NCBI GenBank assembly: GCA_028534125.1
Contig: CM052816.1
Location: 13,518,001-13,578,000 of the forward strand
Source of the DNA: Lama glama
Taxonomy: Eukaryota
Length of the DNA stretch: 60,000 nucleotides
Direction: 5' to 3'
Shown here: positions 11,046-24,470 of the stretch, in pieces
Position numbering within the stretch: the stretch's first letter is position 1
Layout: every line of letters starts with the position of its first letter
Notes under the pieces: model-generated
Database searches by the model: none
The model's input: only the letters and a program-made list of their open reading frames with translations
What the model was told of the DNA's origin: nothing
Made by a program: the position numbers and the translations under genes

Positions 11046-12714
11046 CTGGAACAAAAGGATACACACTGGTCAGTTTAACAAAAACAATCATATTCTCTGT
11101 ACATCGCAGCCGAGAGACCGCAAGACTGCATTACAATTTCTCAAAGATAAAAGATCACGAGGAAGTAACAGCAATTCAGTTTAGTCCAACGGAGTTTCCC
11201 TTTGGAAAGGGTCCTGAGATGTCACCTGAAATTGTCATTCTTTTCCTTTTTCAGGGGATGGATACAATCTATGCTTCACAGTCACAACTGGAAAAGCGCT
11301 AATGCAAAAGTCTAGCACAGACCGAGAGATTTCCTTTTTAGTCAGTGATTCAACCTCAACAAGAGCATTTTAAGTTGTGTCTGAGAAGCAGGCAAGTAAC
11401 CCAACATTTGCAGTTACCTGGGCTTAAGCCCTCCTCTTCCTGGTAGCTTGTTATTAGTCAGCTTGTCTGGAGACACTATGAGAGACTTCTGTAGGTGTTT
11501 CTGTGGCGAATTCTCTATGGAGCATTGCTCCAAAATGCCGAAGTGCTAGAACCCCTAACATTAGGCATGAAACAACCACATATTACCTGCTATTTTTAAA
11601 AGTATATGTTTTACACTTACTGTCCGTAGCTCATCAATATCAACATGCACAAATAAGTACTAAATATGAACCTCTACCGCATGGTTTTGCATCAACCACA
11701 ATGGTAGTCTTCGGAGTATGACTGTGTTTAATGAGCATGTTTAACTATAAACTTGAGTTTTTTTTCTGACAGTACAAATAATAAGCTTCTCAACAGACTA
11801 TTCATTATTCATGGTTCAGACTTCATTTTATTCTCAATTCAACTCTTAGTCATCACTTGCATTACATCTTACTCTTGACTCCAAGACCCTTTCAGCAATT
11901 CCCCAACAGCCAATAAAACCTGCATTACCAATTTCCTTTCTGTGTCTTTCAAGCCAAGCACATCTTCACAAAACCTGTCCAAATGCTTATGCATTTCATA
12001 ATTACAGTTCTCTTCTTTGTTTAAGGATCGACCCCTACTTTCCTGTGTAAGAAGAAATGAAGTAGAGAACTTGAACAGTCCTGCACTTCAAGTCCGGCAC
12101 ACCCTTCAGCCTACTTGTGAACCTGAGATGTGAGCAGCTGGTCAGTCATCCACTCCCTGAATAGCCAAGGGAGGGATGGAAGGTAGCAGTGATATCATAC
12201 ATTTTATTACAAAGAAAACAGTCTCTTCTCCAATGAAGTAATATTTTCCAATCTAAGCAAAAAGAGTCAAAAAGGAATTCCATCAAGTTCTCATTTTAAA
12301 GGAGCCATGTCAACAATATGCTCTATCTGTGCAACACACAAAACTATCGTAGCCCATAAGGTATGTCATCATGCACGCTCAACAGAATGATACACGTGAT
12401 TTCTCGTTTTCTTAATAGATGATTCAGGGGTTGCAGGCAATACCACATTTTAGGTTCTGTTAAAGGCTAACTGTCACAGGAGCTTCTCAAAAAGAGCAAA
12501 GCTTCCTAAACCACTGCACAATGGCAAGCCATTAACTACGGATGATTTACAGTCAGGTTGACCAGCTGAGTGAATTGCACCCACACGTAGGCTGTTTCCA
12601 CATCTCAAGCCCCCACCCACCAGCTCTCTGGAGGCTGAAAATAAAACTGCTTTCTTCCTGATTGCATGATAACAGCTGAGCTGGCACCAGGTCCTCCAAA
12701 TGGAAAGTCCCTAC

Positions 12715-12802
12715 CTTAGGTAGGTCTTCAAAGCACTAGTGATGGTCTTTATCTCCCATTCAGCACAGATATCCGTTTCTGTTTCAGAAGCTGTTTTGGG
12801 GT
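12715..12802 (-). CDS. ARHGAP26: ARHGAP26 coding exon (~exon 15), 88 bp, (D)PKTASETETDICAEWEIKTITSALKTYL+AG
   Basis: tttctttgtttcag|ACCCCAAAACA...TACCTAAG|gtaggg; RhoGAP 'SALKTYLR' motif; phase 1 to 2. Not captured by the ORF track. Confidence 0.97.
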
Positions 12803-12849
12803 CTGAAACAAAGAAAAGACAATGTGTAAAACAGAGCTGAAGATACAGC

Positions 12850-13560
12850 CAAAAAACAAGCATGCATAAAAGCATTCAACCTCCCTACTAACCAAAGAAA
12901 TCCAAATTAAAACAAAAATGACACCTACTTTTTGCTTATTAAATTAGCAAAACATTTAAAAATCCAAATATTTACTGCTGGCAAAAAAAAAAAAATAGAG
13001 TGAAACTGATCCTCTCAGAAATTGCTGGAGGCAGATGAGATAAATGCAACAGATTTGAAAAGCAATTTGGCAATATGTATCAAGTCATAAAACTGTTTAT
13101 ACCCTTTGAAGCCACAATCTCACTCTCACAATCTATCCTCAGGAAATAAGACAGGGCATGAGAAAAGCTACCAACCCACCCCCCCGCAAACGTGCAACAC
13201 ACACCGTTCTTTAGAAGAGCAACGAAACATTTGGGGAGAAAAGAGAAAACCGAAATAACCGATGAGAAAACAATGATTAAGTCAATCGTGGGATATTCCT
13301 TCTGGAATATCATGTTGCATTTCCATGATAATGATGACTATTCAGCAAAATGGAAAATGCCTGGAGTATCACGTAATATCAGGCACAAAAAAAATTCAAG
13401 ATTTAGACGTTTGTGAGAGACTCATATGAACAAAGGCTGAAAGGAAATACTGTAAAATGAAAATACTGGTCGGGTTAGAGTGGTAAATTGTGGTTTTTTT
13501 AGTTTCTAAACTATGACTTGATTCCATTACTTCTCTATTTTTTTTTAATTGCCTTAAACC
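12850..13560 (+). mobile_element. Ancient L1 (L1ME-like) ORF2 3' end/3'UTR
   Basis: aaagaaatccaaattaaaaca...aaagcaatttggcaatatgtatcaa...atctatcctcaggaaata. Confidence 0.7.
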
Positions 13561-13889
13561 AAGAAGGGCAATGAAAACCACCATAATTATATCGACTCGA
13601 TCATTTCTTCCTTTGTCTCCTCCTGTAGGACTTTCAGTCAAATGTCTGTATTTCAAATAAGGGTAGATTGTATGAGATAATTCTTACGGTCTTTCTGAGC
13701 AGCACACGGGCAGTGAGAGTAAGAGGCAGAGGCTGGGAAACATGAACTGCTTCACAAGCCAGCAGACTCCCGTCTTCTCACTGGCGAGGCCATCAGAAGC
13801 AGAGTCTTTCAGTGCAGCTGAAGGGAGAATCCAGCTTCCCTGGACTAAAGACTGGCGACTTGCCTCCCAGCTCCATTCCCTTTTTTTTT

Positions 13890-14354
13890 TTTTCCTGCAT
13901 GGAGGCTCATTGTCAGCTGGGCTGCTACCCTCTTCTCCTCCACGTGCTCAGGTGAGGCTCCATCCTTCCAGGGGTGGAGAATGAGAGCTCTCTGGACCCC
14001 ACCACTGGTTCAGGGATGAACTGAGACCCAAGCCAGGCCACTCAGAACGAAGCCCAGGACTTTTCCAGGAGACAATGGGAAAGACACCTACTGTTTCTTG
14101 CTGCCCTTGCACCTGGGAGATTGTCCAACTGCTCTAGGAGCCACTATGTGGAGCCCGAGAGTGAAAACTGGCAGATAAAACCGGAGAGGAGAGAGGCAAA
14201 GTGAGTGGGCCTGGACGACATGGTTTGAGCCTTTGTATCTCACCATGTCTTTTTAATCCTGTGAGCCAATAAATTCCCTTTTTCCTTTAGCCAGTTGAGA
14301 TCAGGTTTTCTGTTCTTTTTTTTTTTTTCAATCCAAAGATATCTAAATGATACA
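13890..14354 (+). mobile_element. MLT1-type LTR
   Basis: Ends 'tgtgagccaataaattccct...tagccagttgagatcaggttttctgttc...tctaaatgataca'. Confidence 0.7.
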
Positions 14355-15949
14355 GAAGGTAAACAGAGACAGCCACCGGATTGTCTCTTTCTGGACAGTC
14401 TCTGAGAAGAAACAGGTTCCTCCTGCAGGAGGCCAACAGCCTTGCAGCTGGAGAGGGAAAGAGTCACAGGCAGATGCAATGTATTTTCTATTTACCGGGA
14501 AGGTACCCACTTCCACCCTAGTAGGAAGAGGCCAAATAATCACGAGTGGCTTAAGGATTTAGGCTCTAATCCCCAAGTAAGGGCACATACCCAGCTGGTA
14601 CCTACAGCTCTCACCATGTTTCCCTGGCACGTCTGGCAGATGAGCGAATAGAGCCCCAGTTCGATAAACGTTTGGCTCCTGAACGGCAGCACATCTGTGT
14701 GTCTGCCAGTGATCCTGGGCAATAATGGAGTCTGTCCTGACGTTTGAGACAAACAAGGAAAAACCTAAAGAGCATGACTGTATTCCTAGGGCCACAGAAT
14801 GATAAACTCTGCAGAATTCTATGAGAGCAAAAATGTCTGAGAAGTAACAAAGCATGCTTTTCCAAATATCCCAGACCTCTGCAGCTTGAATTCTTCTCTT
14901 GCTCTGCCATCTCACACTCCCTTCGTGGTTTCTTCCTGTGGGAGCCTATGTACCAAAAAGCTTTGCTGAGCAGGACCTTCTTCCCTCCCCATCCCCCAGA
15001 CGCAGGGAGTGCTGCCATGGTGCATGGTTCCTGGATGCAAGACAAATGTTACTGTACATTTTTCTGAGGAACCAACCCACTCTCCCCAAGAAGAGTGAAC
15101 ATGACACTAAACAAGCAGCAGTTGGCAGGTCTGGGAGTTGTGAACTGTTCCATGAACCACATTTAGCAAACTAATGATTAGCTTCCACTTACCCGGGCTC
15201 TGTAACCATAGGAATATTGTGTAACCGTTACAGAAAGGAGAGTCAAATTACAGCCCGGCTAAAGGGCTTTTTATAGCACTGATGAGGCAGGGCTCATAAC
15301 TTGAACATGTCCATTTTAATTCAGCTAATATCCAGACTAAATTGAACACAGCCTCCCAAGCTAGCTCATTTCAGAAAGTGCTGTCAATTCCCGACTGATG
15401 CTCCCCTCACTTACAGAAGCTTCTTGGCAGCATCTTAATATGGTGCAGACACTTAATTGACCATTTTCTTCAGAACTCAGTACGTTTCTCCCTACCGTGT
15501 CACTTGACCATTGTGGACTTAGTAACACTGACCTAACCTAGGCGAGCAGTCCAATGGACAGAAAGGCATTGTGTAGGTACAGTGAAATGAGTGGACGTCC
15601 TCCCCAGCCTACTCCCACGTGAATTCAGACAACAGGAGACATGGACCTGAAGCAGTGGTTACAAGGGTAAATGGTCTTGGAAATGACACCCTGGGTCAGT
15701 CCCAAGATCCACTGCATCCACTATCGCACTGCTGACAAAGACACCAAGGATCTTCTGGAAGAAGTGATTAGAAAAGCCACCTGTGTGCTCCTAATTTCCT
15801 AATGACACATTATAATCTAGGCAAATTAAAATGTTTTTCTCTTTAAATGAGAAGGTAATAGATACACATGATTAAAATAAATTCAAGCAAAAGAAACTGA
15901 TATACATCAAAAGGTAACCCCTTCCTCTGCTAGAGGCTGATGCTAATAC

Positions 15950-16450
15950 TAATTTTGTGTGTACGCACACGCTAACACTACGCACATAAGCAAGCATACG
16001 AATGTGGACAGCTTTCTAAAAACACAAACGCAAGCACATTACACTTGTCATTCTGTGCTCTGCTATTTTCATTTAACAATAGCTTAAGAAAACTGTTCCC
16101 TTTTAGTGCACTAATCTATCTTCCTTATGGTGCTTCACCATACATAGTTAATGTCCCCATTCATGGAGATTAAGATTGTTCCTTGGCTTTTGCTACGGTA
16201 AACAATGATGTAAACTACATGCCTTGCCCGTAGGAAGGAAAAAATCTGGTAAGTAGAATTATTGAGTCAAAAAGGATATGCATTTTTCATTTTGAAAAAT
16301 ATTGCTCAACTACCTCTCAGAGGCTGTACCATTATATTTAAGTATGAGTGGGACTCCTTCCCCAAATCCTTGACAACAGTATCAAACACTCAGATTTTGG
16401 CCAATCTGATATGTTAACAAAAAAAGAGGTCACGTTTTATTTTGCATTTT
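15950..16450 (-). mobile_element. Ancient L1 fragment
   Basis: agtagaattattgagtcaaaa...gcatttttcattttg...ctgtaccattata pattern of antisense L1ME. Confidence 0.55.
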
Positions 16451-16480
16451 TAAGTGAGGAGGAACATTGAAAACCCTCTC

Positions 16481-16482
<2 letters not shown>

Positions 16483-16544
<62 letters not shown>

Positions 16545-16548
16545 GTGT
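16483..16548. repeat. Compound microsatellite (GT)23(GC)4(GT)6
   Basis: Read directly; it lies at the tail position of the adjacent antisense L1. Confidence 0.97.
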
Positions 16549-17840
16549 TTTAAAGTCAAGTGTATTAAGATATACTTGCCCTCTTTGGGTGTACAGTTCC
16601 ATGATTTCTGAACAATATATATAGTCATGTAACCACCACCACAATCAAGATATAGGTCATTTTCATCGCCCCCCCAAAATTCCTCTGTGCCTCTTTCTTT
16701 ATAGTCAATCCCCTCCCTCCACCTCCAGCCCCTGCCAACCCGTTTCCATAGCATAGTACTTCTGAAATCCATCCACAGTGCTGCACATGCCAGGAGTTCG
16801 ACCCCTCTGTTACTAAGTAGTGTTTCATTTGACACACATGCCACAATTTGTTTATCCATTGACTAGATGATAGACACTTGGGTTGTTTCCAATCCTGGGA
16901 TGTTATGAATAAAGCTGCCATCAATATTTGCAGACAGGCCTCTTAGACTACATTTTCATCTCTTGCATAAATACCTAGGAATAGAACCGGGTAAAAATAC
17001 GTAGGAGTGGGTCATACAGTTAAATATATTTAACTTTATCAAAGCTACCAAATGGTTTTCCAAACCAGTTGGGCCATTTTGTATTCCCACCAGCCAATGT
17101 GAGAACTCGCACTACTTCACGTCTTCATCACACATGAAATGGTCATGTGTTTAATTTTGACATTTTAGCTGTTCTAGTAGATGCGGAAAAATAACATTTT
17201 TAAAATTTGTTCTTCCTTAATGACTAGTCGTGTTGGTCATCTTTTCATGTGCTTTTTGGCCATTCGTATATTTTCTTTGGTGAATTGTTCAAATCTTTTC
17301 TCCATTTTAAAAACTGGGTTGGTTGTGTTCTTATTACTGAATGTGCAAGAGTTACTTTTAATACAGTCTGGATACAAATCACTTATCAGAAATTTTGCAA
17401 ATATTTTCTCCTAATCTGTCACTTCCCTTTTCTTTTTCTTAACATATTTTAAAGAGCAGAAGTTTTTATTTGGATAAAGTTCAGTTTATCAGATTTTTCT
17501 TTTATAGTTCCTGTTTTCTGTGCTCTACCCAAGGAATCTTTTCTAAACCAAGATCACAAAGGTTTTCTCCTGTGTTTTCTTCTATAAGGTTTATAGTATT
17601 ATCTCTTAGGTTTAGGAATATCACCCACTTTGAGTTAATTTTTGTATATGGTTTAAGATAAGGGTTTGTTTTTTCTCATACGGATGTCCAATTGTACTAG
17701 TATCGTTTGTTGAAACAACTGTCCTTTCCCAATGAACTACCCTGACACCTTCAACACAGATCAACTGACCAGGTATTTGTAGGTCCTGTTTCTGGATTCT
17801 TTTGATTATTCCACTGACCAATATGTCATTCCTGAGGAAA
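16549..17840 (-). mobile_element. L1 (L1MC-like) 3'UTR and ORF2 C-terminal remnant
   Basis: ORF 16625..16924 gives AALFITSQDWKQPKCLSSSQWINKLW, matching the L1 ORF2 C-terminus; 3'UTR motif catgtaaccaccaccacaatcaagatata. Confidence 0.85.
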
Positions 17841-18327
17841 TATCACAGTCTTGCTTTCCTGCATTTAAACATTAGTTGTATTTTATTTTCTCGTCTTTTT
17901 CTAAAATCTTCTTGAGCCTTTCATTCTCCATCTCCATTACATTTTCAAGGAAGATGTTTAAAAGTATACTATCTTCCATACTATACTACAAGCACTTTTT
18001 TCAAGACTAGATTTAATATTTAGCAATTTGATAAGCAATGTGTTTACTCTATCCAATTATTTTCTAATTATAGAAGTCATACCTCTTAAAAGATTTTAAT
18101 TGTTTTCCCTATCTAGTGCCTAAGAATCCAGAGAACCTACAGTGACTCCTATTCTGAGATCCAACAGCTCTTACTGTCTCAATTCCCGACTTAGGAGAAC
18201 CTTCCTGAAGCATCCTCACAAGCCTCCCCCATGGTGGGAGGAGCAGAGAGGAAGGTGAGCTTCCATCTGCGCCCTCCATTCTCTGGGAACTCAGGATGTT
18301 GGTCATAGTTAACTTACTAGCTCCCAG

Positions 18328-18876
18328 TGAGGCAGAAAGCCCCATAAAAAGACCGGCAGAACCCCTAGGCAGGGCTGCTGCCTCCTCCCAGCACCGTTGG
18401 GTTCCCTGGTCCAGAGGCTCTATCTCACTTTCTGCCTCTAAAGGGGCTAACTTACACCTAAAATTCTATTGGTTCCCTGAGCTCATTTCTGATTGGTTAT
18501 TTGTTATTTCCTTCACTCCTGATTGGGTATTACTCCCACTTCTGATTGGTTATTTCTCTCACTCCTGATTGGTTATTTCCCTCACTCTTGATTGGTTATT
18601 TCTCTCACTCCTGATTGGTCTATTTCTACAAAGCTTGTTCCTGGTTGGTCAACTTCTGTTGTACTTTATTTGCATATGATGTTGCAAAGTGTAAAACTGG
18701 CAGCCTATAAAAGGCCTGTGTAAACCTACAGAGGGGACCCAGAGTTTGGAGTGTTCGCTCCTCTGGGCCTGCTGGTGTAATAAACCTGAGTTCTCCAACT
18801 GTCTGAGTGCTGCTTGGTCTCTCGCCCGGATCCAGGTTGCTGTCACAACTGAGCTGTAACACATTTTTCCGCAACG
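18328..18876 (+). mobile_element. Solo LTR, ERV1-like (~549 bp)
   Basis: Starts TGAGGCAG and ends GCAACG (CA>CG), flanked by the 4-bp direct repeat CCAG (18324-27, 18877-80). Contains a CCAAT array, octamer at 18668, TATAAAA at 18706 and AATAAA at 18779. Confidence 0.85.
18468..18620. repeat. 23-bp tandem array (ctcctgattggttatttctctca) within the LTR U3
   Basis: ATTGG at 18468, 18492, 18522, 18545, 18568, 18591 and 18614. Confidence 0.93.
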
Positions 18877-19999
18877 CCAGAAGGCTCAATCCTTCACCCA
18901 GCCTCCTGTCTCCTAGTCCTGGTCAGCACTTGTCTGCTCCCCTTTACTGCTGGGAAAAGCCGGAAAAGCACAATGTGCGGGGCTCTGCTCTTCCATGAAG
19001 CTAATTTTCAAAGTGCAGGGCGTTTCCACTCATTAGCAGCAAGCCTTTAGGTCTCAGGAGTTGTTATGAAGAATGTCTATTATTTTAGGGTTGCTTTGGA
19101 AAGAAGTCCTTACTGGCTTTTATTTATGCTACTCTGTGAAAGGGTGTGTGGGAAACAAAGGGCACAAAGAAAAGGTCCCAAGGGAGTAAGAAGGATGGTT
19201 CCTGGCTGAATCAGAGATCAGTGGGCGAGGCATGCTACTGTAATTTGGTGCTTTAAAGCATCGCAATTTAATACTTTCCATGTGTTCTCTGCAGCACTGA
19301 CTTTAAACATTAGTTTAAAGACAAAAACAAAACAGGAAAAAGTTACAGGGTAAGATGAGAAAAAACAACAATGAATTTGCATTCCTTTACCGCCACTGTG
19401 AGATACTAACAAAGACATACAAAGAAGGATACAAAGTTTCACCAGCACAGAAAATGAGGCTCACAATCAACATATTCTGTCACTAGAGGAATACGCACCA
19501 GGCCAAGCTCAGGTAAAGCCTGGAGGAAGACCCACTTGGGGGAACAATGTGACAGGTGATGGATTTCCATCCACCCTAAAGTACAGCTCAAGCCACCCCC
19601 AGAAGAGGAGCCACATGCACTGTCCCCACCTCACCACAGCACACACACTAGGGGAAGCTGCTTTCCAGAGTGGCCAGAGTCTCAGCATCCTGAGGTTACA
19701 ATCTGGGCAGTGAACTTAGACCGGGGCAGAAGTGGAGGGGCGTCCACTTATGTTAAGGGAAGTGAATTCAGAAGGGGAGAGCCCCAGAAGAAAACAGTAG
19801 AGTGACAAACGGAGAGCCACAGCACACTTCAGATTAACCAGGAAGAAACCACACTTCTCCCAGAACCATGACCATAATACAGCAGAAGCAGGAGAAATCT
19901 CTGGATAGCATAGGCAGGTCCACACTAAGTGCAAGATTTCACGATGCCAGAAAGTTGGATGGAATCATGCACAACGTGAAAGGATGATTCCAATAGGGT

Positions 20000-21340
20000 T
20001 CAGGAAAATGGTAGCAGAACAAAGGGAATCTACCCATAGTAAATTTAACTGCAAAATTTGTAAACGTCTCTGTGTTCAAGTTGAATTAAAAAGAAGACAA
20101 AAGAAAGCTAAGAAAATACCCGTTGGCATAAAGCACGGAAACCAAAGCATTCTAAAAAAAATTTCAGAAAGCACTTGTTCTGTGTTGTAAATAAAATTCA
20201 GAAAAATATGGATGCTGTGAAATATGGCATCAAAGGTTAAAAGGAAACAGATTGAAATGATAAGTGCAATAGCTGAAAGGTAGAAGTGAAAAGAGCTAAG
20301 TTAGTAAAAAAAACACTGGAAGTTCAATTATGAAGTTAAAATTTACATTACAAACAACCAAAAAAAAAAAAAAGCCCCGAAGAAATGTGAACATATGACA
20401 TGGCTATGGGGTATAAGTTTGAGAATATTTGCTATATGCAAGGAATCAGGAGAAAAACAAGCATTAAAAAGATGAAAACTGAAGATAACTTATTTTTTAA
20501 TGACTGAGAATTGCAGAGTAACAACCAGAAAAAGAATATGTTTTCCTTTAGAAAAAATATGTGTGAAAACTCCTTCACTGGACACTAGCTAATATGTATA
20601 AAAGAATGACTATATGGTAGACATGAATGACTTATATGGACGACAGAAGTGAATAAACCTTTTATATTTGGGGAAAAATGGTATTTACAGTAGTGGAAAA
20701 GGGGAAATTTTCTCCTTCTATGGTTATTGGTTAATCAGAGAAGGACTCGAGGAAAAGGAGAGTTAGTTTCCACTTTGCCTGAACATATTCCAGATGGATT
20801 TGGAGGAAAACAAAAAGGTTTTGCAGTCCTAGAATAGGGAAGGTCTTTTAAGGCATAGTCCATCTAGGAAAAAGACTGACTTCATAAAAGATTGGACTTC
20901 CTAAAAATGTAGAATGTTTATAAGGGAAAACAAAAACAAAAGTACCATAAAGTTCAAGGTAAGTGATAATCTGGAAGAAAATATTGGTAACATAGCTTCT
21001 GTGTCTAAAAAGGTGTTACAATCAAAAGACGTATTCTCCAATAGAAAAATTGGCTTAAGAGCACAAATACATTAACGGAAGAATAAAAATCAGCAAGAAA
21101 CATAGGGAAAATGTCCAATTTCACTCTGAAGCGAGACTATATAAGTATGTTTTAAAAAATACTTACAATTTATATGCAAGAAAGTAGTAAGAGTCTGGCA
21201 AGGATGTGTAGGGTATAGAACGCTCGCCTCAGACTTTGCTGACAGTAAATTTGGGAATATCAATTAAAGGCCTTGAAAACATGTACATATTTTGACCCAG
21301 CAATTCAACATCTTAAAATAAGCCCTAAGGAAATAATATG
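20000..21340 (+). mobile_element. Highly decayed L1 fragments
   Basis: A-rich strand with L1-like motifs (caatagaaaaattggc, tttgacccagcaattc, ccctaaggaaataat). Confidence 0.55.
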
Positions 21341-21354
21341 CATATAAAAGTTAA

Positions 21355-21580
21355 AAATAACAAGAGTTAACATTTATTGACTAACATGTGGAGGCTCCAG
21401 ACTCAGCAAACCACATGCATCTCTTCATTTAATCCTTCCAATATTATAAAGGCCAGGGCTATTATTACACATAATGAGACAGAAGACTAGATGGGTTTAA
21501 ATAATTTGTATAAAGTCAAACAGACAAGCAATGGAACTAAAACTCGTTTAACTCCAAGATGCACACTCTTAACGTCTGCT
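21355..21580 (-). mobile_element. MIR SINE
   Basis: taacatttattga...catttaatcct...ctattatt...aataatttg...actcttaac. Confidence 0.6.
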
Positions 21581-22574
21581 ATTTCTCCCGTATGGGCACG
21601 TTCACCTGAGTGCTTTCTAGAATGATGCAAAATTGAAATCAGTCTACAGATCTGAGAACAGGGGGCTGATTAAAAAATTACAATACATGGCCAAAAAAGT
21701 CATACTCTAGACGAATCCAAGTAGACACACTACTGTTATGTGAAAAGACTGCTAAAAAGCAGGATATGCATGCACACTGTGATTCCCATTTGTAAGCATT
21801 TTATTTTCTATTATAGAATATTGTATTTAAAAGATGATAGTGGTATGATTAAAGGGTCGATAAAGATTATCTCTGGTCTGCACAGCTTTCGTTTTCTTCT
21901 TTCTACTTTTTCTATTTCTCTAAATTTGTTACCATAACCACTCATAACTTTTAATCAGAATAAATGACTTTAAATCGATAAAGGAAAAGAGACAGACATG
22001 TACTGAACATGCCTAAAGCTATCCATATTTTTTAAATGTTGAGCTAAAATTTAGAAAGATTTCTCGCCACTTACTGCTCAAGGGGAGGAACAAACCACAC
22101 AATACACCCGTAGAAGACACTCTATTTCTAGGAATCTACAAGCCTTCCTCCTCTTCACTGTTCCAAGATTATGCACCTCTGTTGTTAGGAGGAAGGGATG
22201 AAGGGTGGCATTTGGTATGACGCTAGTCACACATGGCATGAGAAATTCCCGCAAGCTTTCCTAAGGAATCCTCATCATTAAAAAGATGTTCTCAAAGTCT
22301 GGCTCTTCTATTCCTCTCCCACCTAAAGTCCCTAATGTATCAAGAGTACACAAAGTAAACTCAAAAGTGATCAAAGGAAGTCTCTGGTTTTACTACATTT
22401 TAACCCACAACTTTTTTTTTTTGCCAAAAAGACCAATACTGATCTTTATTCTGCTTTGTTTAAAATGTGATGTCTTCCGCTTTTTCTCACTAATGATGAC
22501 AAAGTAAAAGTATATTTTTATTCCTTTTGAAAAAAATATGTAGAAACTATATTCCAATAATAATAATAATAATA

Positions 22575-22816
22575 TTATAACATCACAACATTTTAAGTAG
22601 CCTCGGTTAGGCATCCATTCTAAGCACTTTACTTACACTAACTCATTTAATTCTCACAACCCTATGACGTAAGCTCTGTTATCAATACCATTTTACAGAT
22701 GAGGAAAATGAGGCACAGAGAGGTCAATGAACTTGTCCAAGCTGCCACACAGCTAATGAGCAATAGAACCTGAACCGAGGCAACCCTGCTCCAAGGCCCA
22801 TATCTTTAACCACTAC
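22575..22816 (-). mobile_element. MIR SINE, near full length
   Basis: ctcatttaattctcacaaccctatg...cattttacagatgaggaaaatgaggcacagagagg core. Confidence 0.9.
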
Positions 22817-23599
22817 GACACACTGACTGCCCTCTCCATATTATTAATACATTATTATGGGAGAGAATATTAACCTACACTTTCAATAATAAAAATGCAC
22901 TGTTCCACTTTTGAGAAACACTGACAAGTGATGCAAATTTTGTACAGCACCTGGCGACATAACAGGGCAGCCAGTGAATACAGAACAAAGGAAGAGGGAG
23001 TCAGCAGTTCACACTCAGCCCAGCCACGTCAGGGAGAGGTTCTGGAGTAGAGGAGCCGTATTTATTTTACACTCTTGGCTAACCCAGTCTAGCACCAATA
23101 CCAGAACTGACAAAGATGAGAGCATGTTCACAAAAGGGAAGGGAGACAGGGCTCTGCCTTCAGGTCTGGAATTTCTCTGGCCTAATAGGTGGTTCTTCAA
23201 TTCCAAGATCCAAACTGCTTAACTTAAGTGATAGCGAGAATCTCAGACACCAACCAGTCTCTACTTTGGATTAGACCTTGAACTGTGGTCACCTCTCAGC
23301 TCTGGGTGAACCTCAGTTTGGAATCCAGGCTATCTGTGATGTCCTCCTGGCAGAGACAGCTGCCCTTGTGACTTCCAGCTGCTGGTTATTAGTTTCTCAT
23401 GACATTTCTCAGATGTTCATGATTATTTTGTCTGTCCCCAGGAAAACCGAGGGAGAGAACAGGACAAACGTCTTGTTCAAAGGGCACTGAGAGAAGTGAT
23501 AAAAACAGGAGCTTTTCATACCCCTCTTTGCTTAGCACAAACGAGCTAAGACGGTTCTTTTCTAAATTAGCAAACCCGTCTAAAATGTCATATTTCTTT

Positions 23600-24000
23600 T
23601 CACTAGTGTCACCTTACATAATCATCTGCCATCTCTGAAATCTCTCTCCCCTTCAACTCCTCCATATCTAGCTGGTTACAAAGTCCTGTGGATTCTCTCT
23701 CCCAGTCACTTTGAGCCTGTCCTTTTTTCCCGACCTCTGAGCAGCGGTCTGGTTCAGGCTGTGGTTGGGTATGCTCTGCTGAGTCTGCTGCAACTGTCTT
23801 CTTCCTCCATGTGTTTCCAAGATCAGATACATGCTCCGCATTGCTGTCAGCGTGACCCTCCTAAAACTAGCATCTGATCAAGTTACATCCGTGTTGGACA
23901 TACTTTTTTTTTTTAATCATCCAGCAGCCATTATTTCATTCTATTAATAATCCTCCTCAGTCCACAGGGTTCTATGGATTAACCTCCTCCCTGCCCAGCC
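23600..24000 (+). mobile_element. L2 fragment
   Basis: acaaagtcctgtggattct...catctgatcaagttacatcc pyrimidine-rich L2 pattern. Confidence 0.55.
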
Positions 24001-24099
24001 CTTCTGCCACCCTCCCAGGGGTGGCCTGAGATCACCAGAGACAGGCACAGGTTCCAGGCCCTCCGGCTCCATTGGCTGTAGGTCACGTGATCAGCCTGA

Positions 24100-24470
24100 G
24101 GTTGTGAAATGAATCACATGAATGGCTCCATGTGGACCCATCGAAGTCCACCCTGGGACCTTCAGTCCAAATTGTCAAGAGAGACGCTCTCCTCTCAGCA
24201 ATGCAAGCTCCAAGGATCGCTGAGGTTGGACCATCTGGGCCATTCCTGCAGAGTATACAGCCGATACCAAGACAAGCAGAGCTCACGGATGATGAGAAGC
24301 CAGAAGAAAGGAGTGGGAGAGGCTCCGACACACATCTGGGGATGCCAGTGGAGCCACCAGACCCTGCCATGCTTCTGCCATCTTGGACTTACCAGTTATG
24401 TGAGCAAAGAAATGCCTATTCTAAATTGTCTTCTTGACACTTTGGTGTGAAAAGAGTACTAACACATACA
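24100..24470 (+). mobile_element. MLT1-type LTR
   Basis: gagccaccagaccctgccatgc...tggacttaccagttatgtgagc...gagtactaacacataca 3' end. Confidence 0.6.

Noticed and set aside
18468..18620. CRISPR-like or regularly spaced repeat array
   Set aside because: Head-to-tail 23-bp tandem units without unique spacers, inside an LTR in a mammalian intron.
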